A DNA stretch of 64,000 bases from IMG/VR virus record IMGVR_UViG_3300042894_001948, one strand, 5' to 3'. Below the pieces are notes generated by a model. The model did not search any database. It was not told where the DNA came from and was given only the letters and a program-made list of their open reading frames with translations. Shown in pieces: positions 8,180 to 18,480 of this stretch. Position 1 is the first letter of the stretch. Every line of letters starts with the position of its first letter. This DNA is from a virus (taxonomy: Duplodnaviria > Heunggongvirae > Uroviricota > Caudoviricetes). Made by a program: the position numbers and the translations under genes.

Positions 8180-11100
8180 CTAACTAAATGTAAATGTATA
8201 CACATGATCTTCGTCATTTGACGTACTAAAACTTGATGACGTAAATACCTTTTCTAGTGTTTTTTCATACAGCCGAGCGTTAGACGAATTTAATGCTTCA
8301 ATTCGTAATGTTATCTTTGTAAGATTTGAAGAGGTACCCGTAAATGTAGTTACCCATATGTTAGATTTTGTTGTAGTTGAGGAGTTAGATGATGGAGTAA
8401 ACTTAGTTAACAGATATTCGCTACTAGGATACCCTGCACCTAACCCAGATGAAGTGCACCACACGTTATACGATGCAACTGTTGTAGTCCACCTGTTATC
8501 TGTAAATTTAAGAGTTACTTGACCTTCACCATTAGCATAATGACTCCATTTTGTGTCAATTGATGTTATCGACTCCGTGTTAACAGTTGCTACTGTTGGA
8601 GTACAACCGTAATCAGATACTGCGCCTTTACCCCATGATATACTTACATATCCGTTACCAGCAGATTGACCTGGTAAAAATGTTGTATCTTGGGTAGTTT
8701 CAATAAGATCACCGCCAACACCGCCAATGCCGTATGACGATGTATTAATACCGCCAATCCCGCCTTTAGATAGACGTACTGAAGTTGTTTTATTAAATAC
8801 TCCTGACATTCCTGGATTGCCAATGCTACCGTTGTCAGTAACATTACTAGGTACTACTCGAACTGTTCCTCCGGAGCCTCCTGCTGCAGCACCTGATGTA
8901 AATGTACTTCCGCCTGCACCACCGGATGCGCTAACAACTGTAATAGCACCTCTACTAATAGTTGTTGCCTCTCCAGAAATGCCGTTAGTACTTTGTGTGC
9001 TTGTATTTCCTAAATCAGATTTTGCTTTTCCGCCTTCTCCTCCGTCACCTACATTAACAGTTAATGTTTCACCTGAAGTTACCGGAATTCTAGCAGACAC
9101 TACACTACCGCCACCGCCGCCTCCGCCGCTACTCCCGTTGCTTGCACCTATTCCTGATGTTTTAGTAATTAAATTTGCTGGAGATCGTGTTGACCATAGT
9201 ATGTCTACTTGTCCGTAGGAACCTGTGGCCACAGGTTCCGCTTCGCGAAGCACTGTGCCACCGTCTGGTGTTATCCATGCTGCAACACAATAATTTTTTA
9301 ATGATGCTCCGGATGATGTGATCTTAGTAATTTTTCCTTTGGAATCAACTGTTGCTATCTCAATTGTAATATCATTAGCCGGAGTGTTGCCCATAATTTT
9401 GTCACCACTGATTTTTAGACCGTCACCAACTCTATACCCTGTACCTCCACCCCCTACTGTTACAGTATATCCTGTTGCAATTATTGTAATGTTAAACCAT
9501 GCGCCAATACCGGCAGGCCCCGGGCTCGGTTGCCATGATATGTATTCAGCAGTTAATGCGTTTCTAGTAACGTAAAAGGGATTTAGTTTAGCAGATACCT
9601 TAATAATTCGAGTAAAAGTAGATGTTATCTGAATTGGTATGAAAACTGGTTCGTCGGTCGTCATTGTAAATGAATACGTTTTTTTATCAATTATAATATC
9701 CCCGAAGCCTCTTCCATGATAAAATAAATTATAAGTTGCTGGTGCGAGTGCCGGTGTTCTAAATTCTGCTGAAAACTCTACACTGTTAGGACCACCATAT
9801 ATACCAAATTCGTTCACGTAGTAATTACTAATATTGGGTGATGTTGAAACGATAGTCCGTTTCATTAAATTAGTAGTAGAAAAATGTGTATACTGTGTAG
9901 TAGTAGGTGTAACGGATGTACCGCCTGCAGCACCGCCGCCACCGCCACCGCCTACTAATACTACATCAGCTGATGTTACTCCCTCCGGGACTGTAACTTT
10001 AAACTCACCGCTAGTTACTAGTTCTGTTGGTACGTTAATACCACTTGCGGTTCCGCATTTTTTATAAAACGATACTTCTGCATAGGCAACAGTAGTGTTA
10101 TTACCTAAATCTTTTCGGTTCCACGACGACGGCGCCGGCACAAACGACTTACCGCCATATCCTCCTGGTTGATCCAATCGGCTGTCATCGTCATCGCCGC
10201 CTTGTCGTGTAGATTTTGTACTTGTACCTCCACCAGATCCGCCACATCCAGACACTGGTTGATCAGGACTTGTAACACATTCAGGATTATAAATAGTAGT
10301 AACAGTAGTGGGCTTACCATTCCACGTGTGTGCCTCATCACCACCCCATTCTGTCCCAGCACCTCCTCCTCCTGCAGCAGTTGCCAGTGGTGCAACACTA
10401 TCCGATGGCACACTGGTTCTATTTGAGTATACTGCAACTGCATTACCTCCGGAACTTCCTTCGTATATAGTCCACTTAACATTGGCAGTTTGCTTTAGTC
10501 CTCCCGGTGCACCAGGAATAAATCTAAAAAATAATGGTTGAGCCGGAATAAGGCCCGTTACTATATCGCCCGGAGCACCGCTGCCTTGTTTTGTGCCACC
10601 TCCGCCGCCTCCGCCGCCTGCTAGTTTTACTGACATATAGTTAATCTCTAATATGTCGTTAGCTTGTGGATATAACATATTTGATGTTATTCTCTTCGTA
10701 CTAGCTAGTTGATTATGGCTTAAATTAATAGTTGCACTTACCGTTTTTTCTACACCAAATTGAGTTACACTAAATGTAATTGTAAATACTCCGCACACAT
10801 CCTCAGACGCAGTGACTGAATCAACTGAAAATTCAAGTGACAAAAAATGACAACTTGCTTCAGTTGTACCTAATCTATTTGTTGATTTTGAGGTCGCAGG
10901 ATATGTCTTCAAACTATCAACTACTGCATTATTATATTTTATCTTAGCTAATACAGATTTATCTCCTGATATTCTCCAAGTCATAGGGGTTGCTGCAGTA
11001 ATTGGAGTTATTTTAGATTCAACATAGAATTTATAACCAGGTAATACATAACATCCTGGAGGGGATTCAGATAACGTATGAGTAATTGTAGGTACCAACA

Positions 11101-14100
11101 CCGGTGTTTTAGACGTATCGACAATTGTAACAAAACGTGATATTAAATTTGTATCAGATTGTTTTGTTGTTGCCGCTAATACAGTTGTACTAAACACTAC
11201 AAAAAACCCTTTACTTGAGTTGTTATCTGCGTTATCAAGAACAGTGGTTAACGTTAAAATTGCATAACCGTTACTTATTGGTATTGAACCTTCTAACAAT
11301 GTTAATGCTACTGTTTCTCCTGCTTTTATTAAATCTGCTGCTTTTATAGATTTAGATGCAGCAGGTCTTATTGAATAATACATTTGTCCAGTGTCGCCAT
11401 CTCTAACATCCACTGTAAAAGTTATAACATTACCTTCATTTATTGATACAGAACTACCTGTTTGCGGAAATCCTGTATCTGTAATTAAATAGGCAGCGGG
11501 TATAACTGTCGTTGATGTATCTTTTATTGAAATAGTTCTTGATATACAAGCATTAGTTGCTGATGATCCTGTATCAATCCCTGATCGAGTAAACTTAACA
11601 GAAAATGTGTTATTTGCTGGAATATTAGTTATACTATCAGCTACAGTTGTTAATGTAAAATCTACTGTGTAAAGTCCTGCATATTGACCTGTTGAATTAA
11701 GTGTAACATTTGTAGTAGTAGTGCCTTTTAGTGGCGGAGTGCCTTCAAACTTTTCAGGTTTTACACCTGCAGTTCCAGTTATTTCATAATTTAACTTAGT
11801 ATTTAAATCAGCTGGTTTAGCAATAACAGTAAATGTTACACTATTCGGCAATAGTGCATCAGCACCGGTACCGGTATTTCCTTCTCTAATAACTGGTGAA
11901 TTTCCACCAGCCAGAGTTACTCCATTGTCAGTTACTGACAAATATTCATAATCTGTAATAGTAATTGTAGATTGAGTAATAAAATCAATTGGTGTTGCAG
12001 TAGCAGTAGTTTTGTTAGTTAACGCAATTTTAAATTTTCTATTAGAATTGTTTTTACGAGTTGGCGAATTTGCAGGTAAATCAATTTTTGTTTTTACAGT
12101 AAACGTACATACATTGTTAATAAATTTATGAGTTCCTGTAATTGTTTCTATATGCGTTGTCGCAATAAAATTACTTACATTATCGACGGCAATTGCTGTT
12201 ATTCCTAATGTTGTAACATTCTCCTGGCCATCTGGGCGAGTAATTTTAAAAGTTAACGAGTCTCCTTCCATTACAGTTGTAACCGAAGTTGTGCCGCTTC
12301 CTACGGTTGCAGAAATTACATATGCTCCAGAAGATCCAACGGTAATAATTGGATTCTTAGTACCATCGTCAATTGGAATTACTACACCTGATGAATTATC
12401 AGAAACTTTAAGTTGATATTGTCTTGTATCGTTGGCAGTTGTTGGTGGTACTGTTATCGTAACTGTTCCTGATTTTGATGCTGCAGTTACAATAAATGTG
12501 CCAGTTAACGGGTTAGTTGAGTTCAATTTAGTTGGGCTAGTAGCAGTTACGCTTGAGATACCTGATCCAATAGGAACTACTTGCCAGTTATATGTCAAAT
12601 CTTTATTACCGATATTTGGAGTTTTTATGTTAAATGTAACAGAGGATCCTTCGGTTACGCTTTCAGGAGTAGCTGAAATTGAATATGTTCCATCAGATGT
12701 AACCGTAATAGGTTCACTGGTTACAACTTCAGTTCCGTATTGCGTATAAATTTTAAGTGTGTATTTTCTTGTATCTACTGTAAGAGTTGTTGGTACTGTT
12801 ATCGTAACTGTTCCTGATTTTGATGTTGCATTTACAGTAAATGTGGCTTTTAATAGGTTACTTAACTGGGTAGCCGGAGAGGCAAATACTACATTTGTGA
12901 TATCTGATCCAATAAAAGGAACTACTTCACAGACATACGTCGCATTAATACTACCAATATCTGGAGTTGTTATGGTAAATATAACAGGGTATCCTTCGGT
13001 TACGCTTCCACTAGGACTAGCTGAAATTGAATATGTTCCATCAGTTCTAACCGTAATAATCGGATTATCAATACCGGTAGGATCAAGCGGAATCAATATA
13101 GTGTCAATAATAGTTAAAATTTTAACTTGATATGTTCTTTCCAGTTGGTTGGCAGCTACTGCTGGTACTGTTATTGTAAATGTTCCAGTTGTTGCGTTTG
13201 CAGCTATTGTAAATTCACCGTAATTGTTAGCTTTTGTTACGCCACCGTAGGCTCTAGCTCCAGGATGAGTTATATTTGTAAGGTACTCAGAGTTTTTTAA
13301 ACCAACTATTTCATATCGATAAGTTACATTAATAGCATTAGTAGTAGGACTAGTTACTGTAAATTTAACAGGAGATCCTGAATTTACTGTTTTATTGTCA
13401 ACGCTGATTGTAAACTTTCCAGATGCTTGTTTTGTAATTGTTGGTGTATTAGCTTTAACAGCAGCGCCAGTAGGAATAGGAATAGGAATTTGAGTACCCG
13501 GGGGTTGAGTACTTAATAATAACCGAAATTTCTTTTCATTAGTGACTCTGTTTGTAGGATTACCAAAAGTTAATCCACAGCTTGATTTTTTAGTTGAATA
13601 ATACTCATTCAACTGCCATGCTAACTTTTGAGATGTTGGGTTAGTAAAATCATTAACATCTATCGGAGAAGTAGCACTTTCTTCTGGTTCAAGTTGTGAA
13701 ATATACACGTAAATAGGCCAACTAGCTGATTGTACGAGCACGTCTATTGAATCATTTTCACTAATAGTAGTAGCAACTACTCCTGAACTATTTTTTGCTA
13801 CAATTGAATAAACCTCTGGGGCGAGTACTGTAACATCAGGCGGCTGTAGCACTGGAGTAACTTTGGCGCTGTTTGATTTAACAATGTCAACATTAAAACT
13901 AAGATCACTAGTAATACTAGAGCTAGTATTAAGTGTAAATGTATAACTAGTAGTTGATTCATTAACTGCAATAAACGGTGGTGTAATTACAGTTACGGCA
14001 CTAACAGAGCCTGTTTTATTAACTTTCCATGGAGACGACATCGAAGCTGCAACTAATTTCGGAGTAGTTAATGTATATGTTACTAGATTACCTGCAGGTA

Positions 14101-17100
14101 CTGTATTACCAACCTTACCGTCTGCAGTCCATGTTAATGTGTAATTAGTAAGATCACTTATGTTAACTATTGACGATTGAACATTTGGAATCGGTGCCCA
14201 GCCAAGGCCAACTCCAAGAGACTTCAACAGCTTAATACGGAAGCTCTCTGTACCTTCAGTTACAGCGTCAGTTGCTGCTGATAACGTAAAATACCCTGTT
14301 CCATTAGCGTTAATGATTACGTCGCCTGTTTTATCAACGGAATTAAAGTTGTATTGACTAGGAACATTAAAATCGGTAGCACCGATACCTAGTCCTTCAG
14401 CTTCAATTTGCCATTTTAATGTTGAATTATACGATTCCGCCGGAGTTACAACGTTAAATCTTGTTCCAGTATTTCCAGATTCGCTAATAAGAGTACCAGT
14501 TGGTTCTACCGAATAAGCAACTTTATCTTTAATTGCAAATGGTGCAAATCCAATTGGATCAGTTGCTACAGAACCTTTATGTACTTGGAAAATAAATACT
14601 CTGTATCCTTCATTAGGAGCTGTAATGGTTACCGTTATAGGCGGTAAAGTTATCGATCCAGCGGTAATACTGCCAGTTACTCGAAATGGAGCTGCACTTT
14701 CAACTGCACTTAAATACTGACCTATTCCGCCGGAGACATAACTCAGAATTGACCAATTTAAGTCGTCACTAGTTAGTACACCTTCTGTAGTGATTCTTAA
14801 ATTCATTGTGTCACCTTCAGTATACTCCATTTTGTTATCTAGCGATGTTATTGTTGCAGTTATTTCAGTATCGTCAATCGGTGTTCCATTATTAACCGAT
14901 GTATCATAAATTAACACACCAGGACTTATACCGCCTTTTACTACAGGACTTGTATATCCAGTTTCTCTAATTTCAATATAAAACTTTTCATTACCTTCTG
15001 CAGTTGACATGTCGTCTTTCATTTTAAAAGTAAGTTTTTGATAATTGTTATATACATTAAATGTACCTTGCGCGTTGCCTAAAACAAAATCAGCGTCATT
15101 AACTGTTCCTGCAACTGATTTAACTGTATAGTAAAGGGTGCGGCCATCTACAAAATACGGAGTATACACTCCAAAACTAACTGTTTTAGACTTTGAACCT
15201 AATAAACTACCCTCTGTTTCTACAACCGAAGTAACATCTGTAGTAACGATGTACGACGAAATATCTGTTATAGATAGTTCGTCAGTCTTTGCATCAATAG
15301 CAGTCTCATCCATACCGATCGATACTATAAATCTTTCTTCATCTTCTGTACCTGTTGAACTAATAGCAACTGCATCTTGTCTAGCAGCAATTGAAAGAAC
15401 TGCGGTGCTGTTTTTATCAATACGCACATTCCCTGATGTAGCTTGTCGATTTTTACCTACTGCATCTGAAACTAAAAAATCCGAATCTGTAATTGTTCCT
15501 TTAGTTCCTTTTGTAATTTTCCAAAATACTTTTGTACCAATAGGGTTCTTAGGCACAGCAATATTAAAGTTTAAGCCAGTTGCTCCTTCAGTAAGTGATT
15601 TAGAAGCTACATAAATAGTTGGTTTAAAATCTTCACTAATAGTATCTGCTTGAAGCGTTCTTGCTACTTCACTAGATTTAGAAGGAGTTGTTTTTACAAT
15701 CACATAAAATGATTCAGATCCTTCTATTTTTGTGTCAACTACCGGCACTAATGATAAAGTAGCTTCATTAGTAATCGCACCATTTTGATTTATGATTATT
15801 TGTCCAGAGTACTGACCAATTGTAAAATCAGTTTTTTCTAATACTGATGTTTTATCTGCAGGAATTACTTCCCAATATATAGGAGTATTAGGTGGCAAAT
15901 ATGGGGTTTTAATAGTATATTCAAATCCTTCAGTAGTCCCAGTTGGTTGTTCAACTACGGTAGATTGACTATTTGCTGTTCTTGCAATCGAATATTTAAC
16001 AGTTTCAGTAACTGACACAGTTGGACTATCTTTAGTAATTAGAACACCATTCACTGTAAGAGTAAATCTTACATAAAATTGTTCAACACCTTCTGTCATT
16101 CCGTCATTCTTTGCAGTCAATTTAAGTACTACTTTATTATCAACTACATCTATGTCATCTTCGATTCCTTCTTCAAAATCATCTTCAGTAAATGTTCCAA
16201 TTCCGCCTGATGGTGCAGGACTGATTGGTATAACTTCCCAGTGTACTGATGTTGGCGGGTCATTTTCAATATATGGTGTTTTTAATGTAAATGTAATAAA
16301 GTACGGTAATTTTCCGGTAGACGTTGTACCAGTCGGCAATGGTTCTGACATTGATCTACTAGATACATCAACCGTATATCCGACTGTTTCAGTAATACGG
16401 ATTGTATCAGTTTTACCAAAAGAATCTGTATAATCTTTATCTTTATAAAATGTTACAATAAATCCTTCTGTACCTTCTATTGCTGAATCAGCTGCGGCAA
16501 TTTTCTTTAATGTTCCAGATCCTGCATTTCCTTTTACAGTAACAGGACAAACACCTTTAATAGTCTTATCAGTAAAATCAGTTGCTTCAATTTTATTTTT
16601 TGCACTGATGCCATTTTCAGAATCTGCTGTAGTAATCCAATACCAAACTTTTGCTGCAGTAGGTGCTAAGTATGGAGTAGTAAACGGAATTGATATACCA
16701 ACTTTACCGTTTTCTTCCATTGTAAATGCCGACGGTGGTAACACTACATACGGAACTTGGGCAATTTCAACCGTTGAAGTAATTTGAACTACATAACTAC
16801 TAGCTGCCGGTTTAGCAAGTACCTCTTTAGAAACTGGATCAGATAAGTATAAATCAACTATAAACTTTTCTAATGCATCAAACTTTGCATCATCTGTAAT
16901 GTTTAATTCAAGACTATATTTTTGATCAGCCGGCATTTTAAAATTGCCTTCTAGCCCTTCTTGAAAATCATCTGCAGTTAAATCACGAGCAGTTCCAGTT
17001 ACTGTTCTTATTTTCCAAGTTACTAGGTCATTTGGAACAACCACATTTGTACCAATGATACTAAACACTACTTTAGTTCCTACTGTGTACGTTGGTATTT

Positions 17101-18469
17101 TACCAGTAGTTACTGCACCAAATCTTAATGTACGGGCAAGAACCTTAGGAGTAGGAGATGTATCGCTAATGTTTACTGTTTTTCCAAACGCTGATTTAAC
17201 ACTAATTAATACTAGATCATCTGCATCATCAGTAGCACGGAACTCTATGTTAAATTTATCAAGTCCTTCAGTGTTTGCATCAGCGGCTATTGTTATGTTT
17301 AACGTTACTGATTTACTTGAACCAGTTGTAACTAAAGTAAGAGCGTCCGAAAGTGGCCGATCTATAAAATCTTCAATGATTATGTCCGAAGCACTTGGCG
17401 GTTTACTTATGATATCCTTAACAATAGTATAATATACAGTATCTCCTGTAAAGTTAGTTGCATAAAATGTGTATGCAATGTTATTAGATTTTCCAGTTTC
17501 ATTAAGTTGAGATAATGCCGGTGATCGTGTTATACTAAATGAAGGATTTGGATCTCCGATAATATGTGAAGACTCACAACTTGGCTCAGGAATATCTATA
17601 TATTGAAGAAGATCGTCGCCTTCGAGACGCACTGCATGATACGATTTAACTGTAGTAGTTAATACTCCGGTAACATTTGGTCCAGTGTTTGAAAACGTAG
17701 ATGTAAAGATAATCGAATTCGTTCCAGATATAACAGCAGTAACCTTATACACACTAGACGTAGTTGATGTTGTAAAAATTGTTATACCTTCATCAGCGGT
17801 AGCAGCTGAACTATACCCTGGCCATTTCGTAGTTATTTTAGTTTTAGACACTGCAGTATTATTTCTTTGAAACGTAAGTGTTCCTACACTAGCAAATAAT
17901 GTAACCCATTTTGAATTTTGTGTAGACGTTGTTCCAGATTTACTTGGGGTAATTTCAATAGTACTACCTGCATTAAAATAACAACGCATTGCATCTGCAT
18001 CTTCAAACGTTACCGTAAATGTATGTGTAGATGTAGTGTTCCAGTCTTCAGTCATTGTAATTGTGCTGATAGTATTACGAATAACACGAGTTTTTTGGTA
18101 CATATTTGTTCTACCAACAAGTAACCATCCACTTGGTGTGGCTGGTAATGATTGATCTGATAATCTTGCACCTAACGTAGCGAATAATATCTTATCCGAG
18201 ATTGCAGCAGTAAGTTGGTTGTTTGTAATCTCAGGTATTGATTTTGTTGGCTGGGTCGACAACCAGGTTGGACCTACTTGATGATATGTTAACATTAAAA
18301 TATCTTTACGTAATGCAATTGCATCACTTACAGTAAATTCCGGATTAGCCTGAGTACTATTAATAGTCGATTGATTATAACCGTAATCTCCTTCACCGAC
18401 TCCTAACATTTTAGCAACAAGTGCTTGTGCTCTGTTAAACTCTGCTACTGTGAAAATTGATCCTGCCAT
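8180..18469 (-). CDS. Giant tail-fibre/adhesin-like virion protein with Calx-beta/Ig-like repeats and Gly-rich C-terminal domains
   Basis: 3429 aa uninterrupted; recurring xxDF...D..xEGxExFxV modules; poly-Gly motifs near the C-terminus; last gene of the tail operon. Confidence 0.75.
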   Translation of the reverse strand: MAGSIFTVAEFNRAQALVAKMLGVGEGDYGYNQSTINSTQANPEFTVSDAIALRKDILMLTYHQVGPTWLSTQPTKSIPEITNNQLTAAISDKILFATLGARLSDQSLPATPSGWLLVGRTNMYQKTRVIRNTISTITMTEDWNTTSTHTFTVTFEDADAMRCYFNAGSTIEITPSKSGTTSTQNSKWVTLFASVGTLTFQRNNTAVSKTKITTKWPGYSSAATADEGITIFTTSTTSSVYKVTAVISGTNSIIFTSTFSNTGPNVTGVLTTTVKSYHAVRLEGDDLLQYIDIPEPSCESSHIIGDPNPSFSITRSPALSQLNETGKSNNIAYTFYATNFTGDTVYYTIVKDIISKPPSASDIIIEDFIDRPLSDALTLVTTGSSKSVTLNITIAADANTEGLDKFNIEFRATDDADDLVLISVKSAFGKTVNISDTSPTPKVLARTLRFGAVTTGKIPTYTVGTKVVFSIIGTNVVVPNDLVTWKIRTVTGTARDLTADDFQEGLEGNFKMPADQKYSLELNITDDAKFDALEKFIVDLYLSDPVSKEVLAKPAASSYVVQITSTVEIAQVPYVVLPPSAFTMEENGKVGISIPFTTPYLAPTAAKVWYWITTADSENGISAKNKIEATDFTDKTIKGVCPVTVKGNAGSGTLKKIAAADSAIEGTEGFIVTFYKDKDYTDSFGKTDTIRITETVGYTVDVSSRSMSEPLPTGTTSTGKLPYFITFTLKTPYIENDPPTSVHWEVIPISPAPSGGIGTFTEDDFEEGIEDDIDVVDNKVVLKLTAKNDGMTEGVEQFYVRFTLTVNGVLITKDSPTVSVTETVKYSIARTANSQSTVVEQPTGTTEGFEYTIKTPYLPPNTPIYWEVIPADKTSVLEKTDFTIGQYSGQIIINQNGAITNEATLSLVPVVDTKIEGSESFYVIVKTTPSKSSEVARTLQADTISEDFKPTIYVASKSLTEGATGLNFNIAVPKNPIGTKVFWKITKGTKGTITDSDFLVSDAVGKNRQATSGNVRIDKNSTAVLSIAARQDAVAISSTGTEDEERFIVSIGMDETAIDAKTDELSITDISSYIVTTDVTSVVETEGSLLGSKSKTVSFGVYTPYFVDGRTLYYTVKSVAGTVNDADFVLGNAQGTFNVYNNYQKLTFKMKDDMSTAEGNEKFYIEIRETGYTSPVVKGGISPGVLIYDTSVNNGTPIDDTEITATITSLDNKMEYTEGDTMNLRITTEGVLTSDDLNWSILSYVSGGIGQYLSAVESAAPFRVTGSITAGSITLPPITVTITAPNEGYRVFIFQVHKGSVATDPIGFAPFAIKDKVAYSVEPTGTLISESGNTGTRFNVVTPAESYNSTLKWQIEAEGLGIGATDFNVPSQYNFNSVDKTGDVIINANGTGYFTLSAATDAVTEGTESFRIKLLKSLGVGLGWAPIPNVQSSIVNISDLTNYTLTWTADGKVGNTVPAGNLVTYTLTTPKLVAASMSSPWKVNKTGSVSAVTVITPPFIAVNESTTSYTFTLNTSSSITSDLSFNVDIVKSNSAKVTPVLQPPDVTVLAPEVYSIVAKNSSGVVATTISENDSIDVLVQSASWPIYVYISQLEPEESATSPIDVNDFTNPTSQKLAWQLNEYYSTKKSSCGLTFGNPTNRVTNEKKFRLLLSTQPPGTQIPIPIPTGAAVKANTPTITKQASGKFTISVDNKTVNSGSPVKFTVTSPTTNAINVTYRYEIVGLKNSEYLTNITHPGARAYGGVTKANNYGEFTIAANATTGTFTITVPAVAANQLERTYQVKILTIIDTILIPLDPTGIDNPIITVRTDGTYSISASPSGSVTEGYPVIFTITTPDIGSINATYVCEVVPFIGSDITNVVFASPATQLSNLLKATFTVNATSKSGTVTITVPTTLTVDTRKYTLKIYTQYGTEVVTSEPITVTSDGTYSISATPESVTEGSSVTFNIKTPNIGNKDLTYNWQVVPIGSGISSVTATSPTKLNSTNPLTGTFIVTAASKSGTVTITVPPTTANDTRQYQLKVSDNSSGVVIPIDDGTKNPIITVGSSGAYVISATVGSGTTSVTTVMEGDSLTFKITRPDGQENVTTLGITAIAVDNVSNFIATTHIETITGTHKFINNVCTFTVKTKIDLPANSPTRKNNSNRKFKIALTNKTTATATPIDFITQSTITITDYEYLSVTDNGVTLAGGNSPVIREGNTGTGADALLPNSVTFTVIAKPADLNTKLNYEITGTAGVKPEKFEGTPPLKGTTTTNVTLNSTGQYAGLYTVDFTLTTVADSITNIPANNTFSVKFTRSGIDTGSSATNACISRTISIKDTSTTVIPAAYLITDTGFPQTGSSVSINEGNVITFTVDVRDGDTGQMYYSIRPAASKSIKAADLIKAGETVALTLLEGSIPISNGYAILTLTTVLDNADNNSSKGFFVVFSTTVLAATTKQSDTNLISRFVTIVDTSKTPVLVPTITHTLSESPPGCYVLPGYKFYVESKITPITAATPMTWRISGDKSVLAKIKYNNAVVDSLKTYPATSKSTNRLGTTEASCHFLSLEFSVDSVTASEDVCGVFTITFSVTQFGVEKTVSATINLSHNQLASTKRITSNMLYPQANDILEINYMSVKLAGGGGGGGGTKQGSGAPGDIVTGLIPAQPLFFRFIPGAPGGLKQTANVKWTIYEGSSGGNAVAVYSNRTSVPSDSVAPLATAAGGGGAGTEWGGDEAHTWNGKPTTVTTIYNPECVTSPDQPVSGCGGSGGGTSTKSTRQGGDDDDSRLDQPGGYGGKSFVPAPSSWNRKDLGNNTTVAYAEVSFYKKCGTASGINVPTELVTSGEFKVTVPEGVTSADVVLVGGGGGGGAAGGTSVTPTTTQYTHFSTTNLMKRTIVSTSPNISNYYVNEFGIYGGPNSVEFSAEFRTPALAPATYNLFYHGRGFGDIIIDKKTYSFTMTTDEPVFIPIQITSTFTRIIKVSAKLNPFYVTRNALTAEYISWQPSPGPAGIGAWFNITIIATGYTVTVGGGGTGYRVGDGLKISGDKIMGNTPANDITIEIATVDSKGKITKITSSGASLKNYCVAAWITPDGGTVLREAEPVATGSYGQVDILWSTRSPANLITKTSGIGASNGSSGGGGGGGSVVSARIPVTSGETLTVNVGDGGEGGKAKSDLGNTSTQSTNGISGEATTISRGAITVVSASGGAGGSTFTSGAAAGGSGGTVRVVPSNVTDNGSIGNPGMSGVFNKTTSVRLSKGGIGGINTSSYGIGGVGGDLIETTQDTTFLPGQSAGNGYVSISWGKGAVSDYGCTPTVATVNTESITSIDTKWSHYANGEGQVTLKFTDNRWTTTVASYNVWCTSSGLGAGYPSSEYLLTKFTPSSNSSTTTKSNIWVTTFTGTSSNLTKITLRIEALNSSNARLYEKTLEKVFTSSSFSTSNDEDHVYTFTFS
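12446..13044. repeat. Intragenic duplicated Ig-like modules with DNA-level identity (period about 345 bp)
   Basis: 35 bp identical at 12446-12480 and 12791-12825; 27 bp identical at 12670-12696 and 13018-13044. Confidence 0.85.
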
Positions 18470-18480
18470 ATATATATTCC

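Noticed and set aside
12446-13044. Repeats as template/variable regions of a diversity-generating retroelement
   Set aside because: No reverse transcriptase in the window, differences are not adenine-specific, and both copies are in-frame modules
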